This document shows, in pieces, positions 62,917 through 64,000 of a DNA stretch of 64,000 nucleotides. The stretch is from positions 32,001-96,000 of the forward strand of contig CBDCEW010000104.1 in NCBI GenBank assembly GCA_965215885.1. The letters run 5' to 3'. The translations under genes and the position numbers were made by a program. The first letter of the stretch is position 1; each line of letters opens with the position of its first letter. The stretch is from Candidatus Moanibacter sp. (lineage in GTDB: Bacteria > Verrucomicrobiota > Verrucomicrobiia > Opitutales > UBA2987). Below the pieces are notes generated by a model that was not told the DNA's origin, made no database searches, and was given only the letters and a program-made list of their open reading frames with translations.

Positions 62917-63984
62917 TCATGGTACAAATGTCCTGTCTTGTATCAGCAGACCGCGTATCTCGCACACGCCCGTCGACGGCTCAGGGTAGGAGGCCGTATA
63001 GTAGACGCAGTATATGTGTCCGCCCGGAAGATACGTCATAGAGGGATAGGCACAATCCGTGTTTCCGCCACGGTAGAGGTGGCCGAGGGCGGTCCAGGTG
63101 GCGCCCAAGTCATCGCTGGACGCGCAGCTCATGCCGCACTCGCCTCGTCTCATGTCCCGGTAGGCGCAGAGGATGCGGCCATCGGCCAGGGTCAAGAGCG
63201 CCGGGCACTGACCCGGAAGTTCGGTGGGTTCGAGGGGGCTCCAGGTTGTTCCCTCATCGTCGGAATGTGAGCGGTAGAGTCTGTGGGCCGCATTGGCTCG
63301 TATCATCGCAAGGCAACGCCCGTCAGAGAGGCGGATGATGTCCGTCTCGCTGGGGTTGATGTCGCCCTTTCGATCCTCGTATATCACGGAGAATTCCGGC
63401 CAGGAGTGGCCTCCGTCGGCCGAGAATGCCATGGCCGAGACCCGCAGCCTGGCGTGGTCGGCCCCTTTGGGAACGCCGTAGACCGGTGTCATGAGCCGGC
63501 CGTTGGAGAGCTCAAGAACCTTGCCGTAGGAAAATCCCCGGCCTTCGCTGTCCCAGAATGGAAAGTCCAGCTTCTCGCCGTATTCTCCCCACGTGTGCCC
63601 GTTGTCGGTTGAGCGGATGAAGGCACCCCGGGATTGAATCTTATCCCTGCCCTCGGACGCCGACATCATCTTGCCGCGTATGATTTCGAGGAGGAGAGTG
63701 CCTTCCGAGAGTCTCGTCATCCCATGGTTGGTGTAGCAGTGGCGGCCAGGTTCGGCCGCGATGGTTCTTTTCTCCGGCCACGTTACTCCGCCGTCGGTCG
63801 ACCGCGAGAGCGTAACAACTCCATTGTCCGTTAGGTGATGGTCGGCGCTCTCCATGTAGGCTGCCAGGAGATCGCCGTTGGAGGCGACTTCCAGAGTGCA
63901 ATCCATGGCCCTGCGGCCAGGCGGGTATGGGCCGGAGACTGCAAACTCCTCGAGGACCGCAATTGGTGCGTCGTTCTTTAGCAT
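62917..63984 (-). CDS. BNR/Asp-box sialidase-like beta-propeller protein
   Basis: Five SxDxGxTW Asp-boxes; SET, QCP and AYP motifs; GAGGAG RBS. Confidence 0.88.
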   Translation of the reverse strand: MLKNDAPIAVLEEFAVSGPYPPGRRAMDCTLEVASNGDLLAAYMESADHHLTDNGVVTLSRSTDGGVTWPEKRTIAAEPGRHCYTNHGMTRLSEGTLLLEIIRGKMMSASEGRDKIQSRGAFIRSTDNGHTWGEYGEKLDFPFWDSEGRGFSYGKVLELSNGRLMTPVYGVPKGADHARLRVSAMAFSADGGHSWPEFSVIYEDRKGDINPSETDIIRLSDGRCLAMIRANAAHRLYRSHSDDEGTTWSPLEPTELPGQCPALLTLADGRILCAYRDMRRGECGMSCASSDDLGATWTALGHLYRGGNTDCAYPSMTYLPGGHIYCVYYTASYPEPSTGVCEIRGLLIQDRTFVP

Positions 63985-64000
63985 CTCACTCCTCGAGCAG

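Overview
Bacterial chromosomal window. Protein style and gene content suggest a Verrucomicrobiota (Opitutales-like) organism, but this is inference only. Bases 1-23 kb are mostly intact housekeeping genes: pal, tpiA, pgk, gap, a GH13 debranching enzyme, mnmA, a GspE/PilB ATPase, a degenerate NtrC-like regulator, obgE, ahcY, metK and pckG. This part is peppered with MITE/REP-like repeats and has one IS4-family insertion that splits a Uma2 endonuclease. From about 23.3 kb to the end the window is accessory. It holds two near-identical ISAs1-family elements with a DUF4338 (DruA/Mom-like) N-terminal domain; one is truncated by a second IS and the other splits an SDR gene. It also holds a BrnT/antitoxin pair, five PhyH-family Fe(II)/2-oxoglutarate oxygenases, a desaturase-family di-iron enzyme, carbohydrate enzymes (GH32-like, GH28-like, AGE epimerase, sulfatase, Asp-box sialidase-like, DUF1080), an LmtA-like methyltransferase, a NatAB-like ABC exporter and many pseudogenes. 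Most notable leads: (1) a PhyH paralogue with a halogenase-type H-x-G iron motif (61893-62735); (2) a decayed four-helix-bundle gene bracketed by inverted 12-nt-period repeats, with several orphan short-period repeat families; (3) the DUF4338-ISAs1 fusion with a C5T5 slippage site; (4) MITEs whose ends coincide with gene stop codons. No rRNA, tRNA or CRISPR array was seen.
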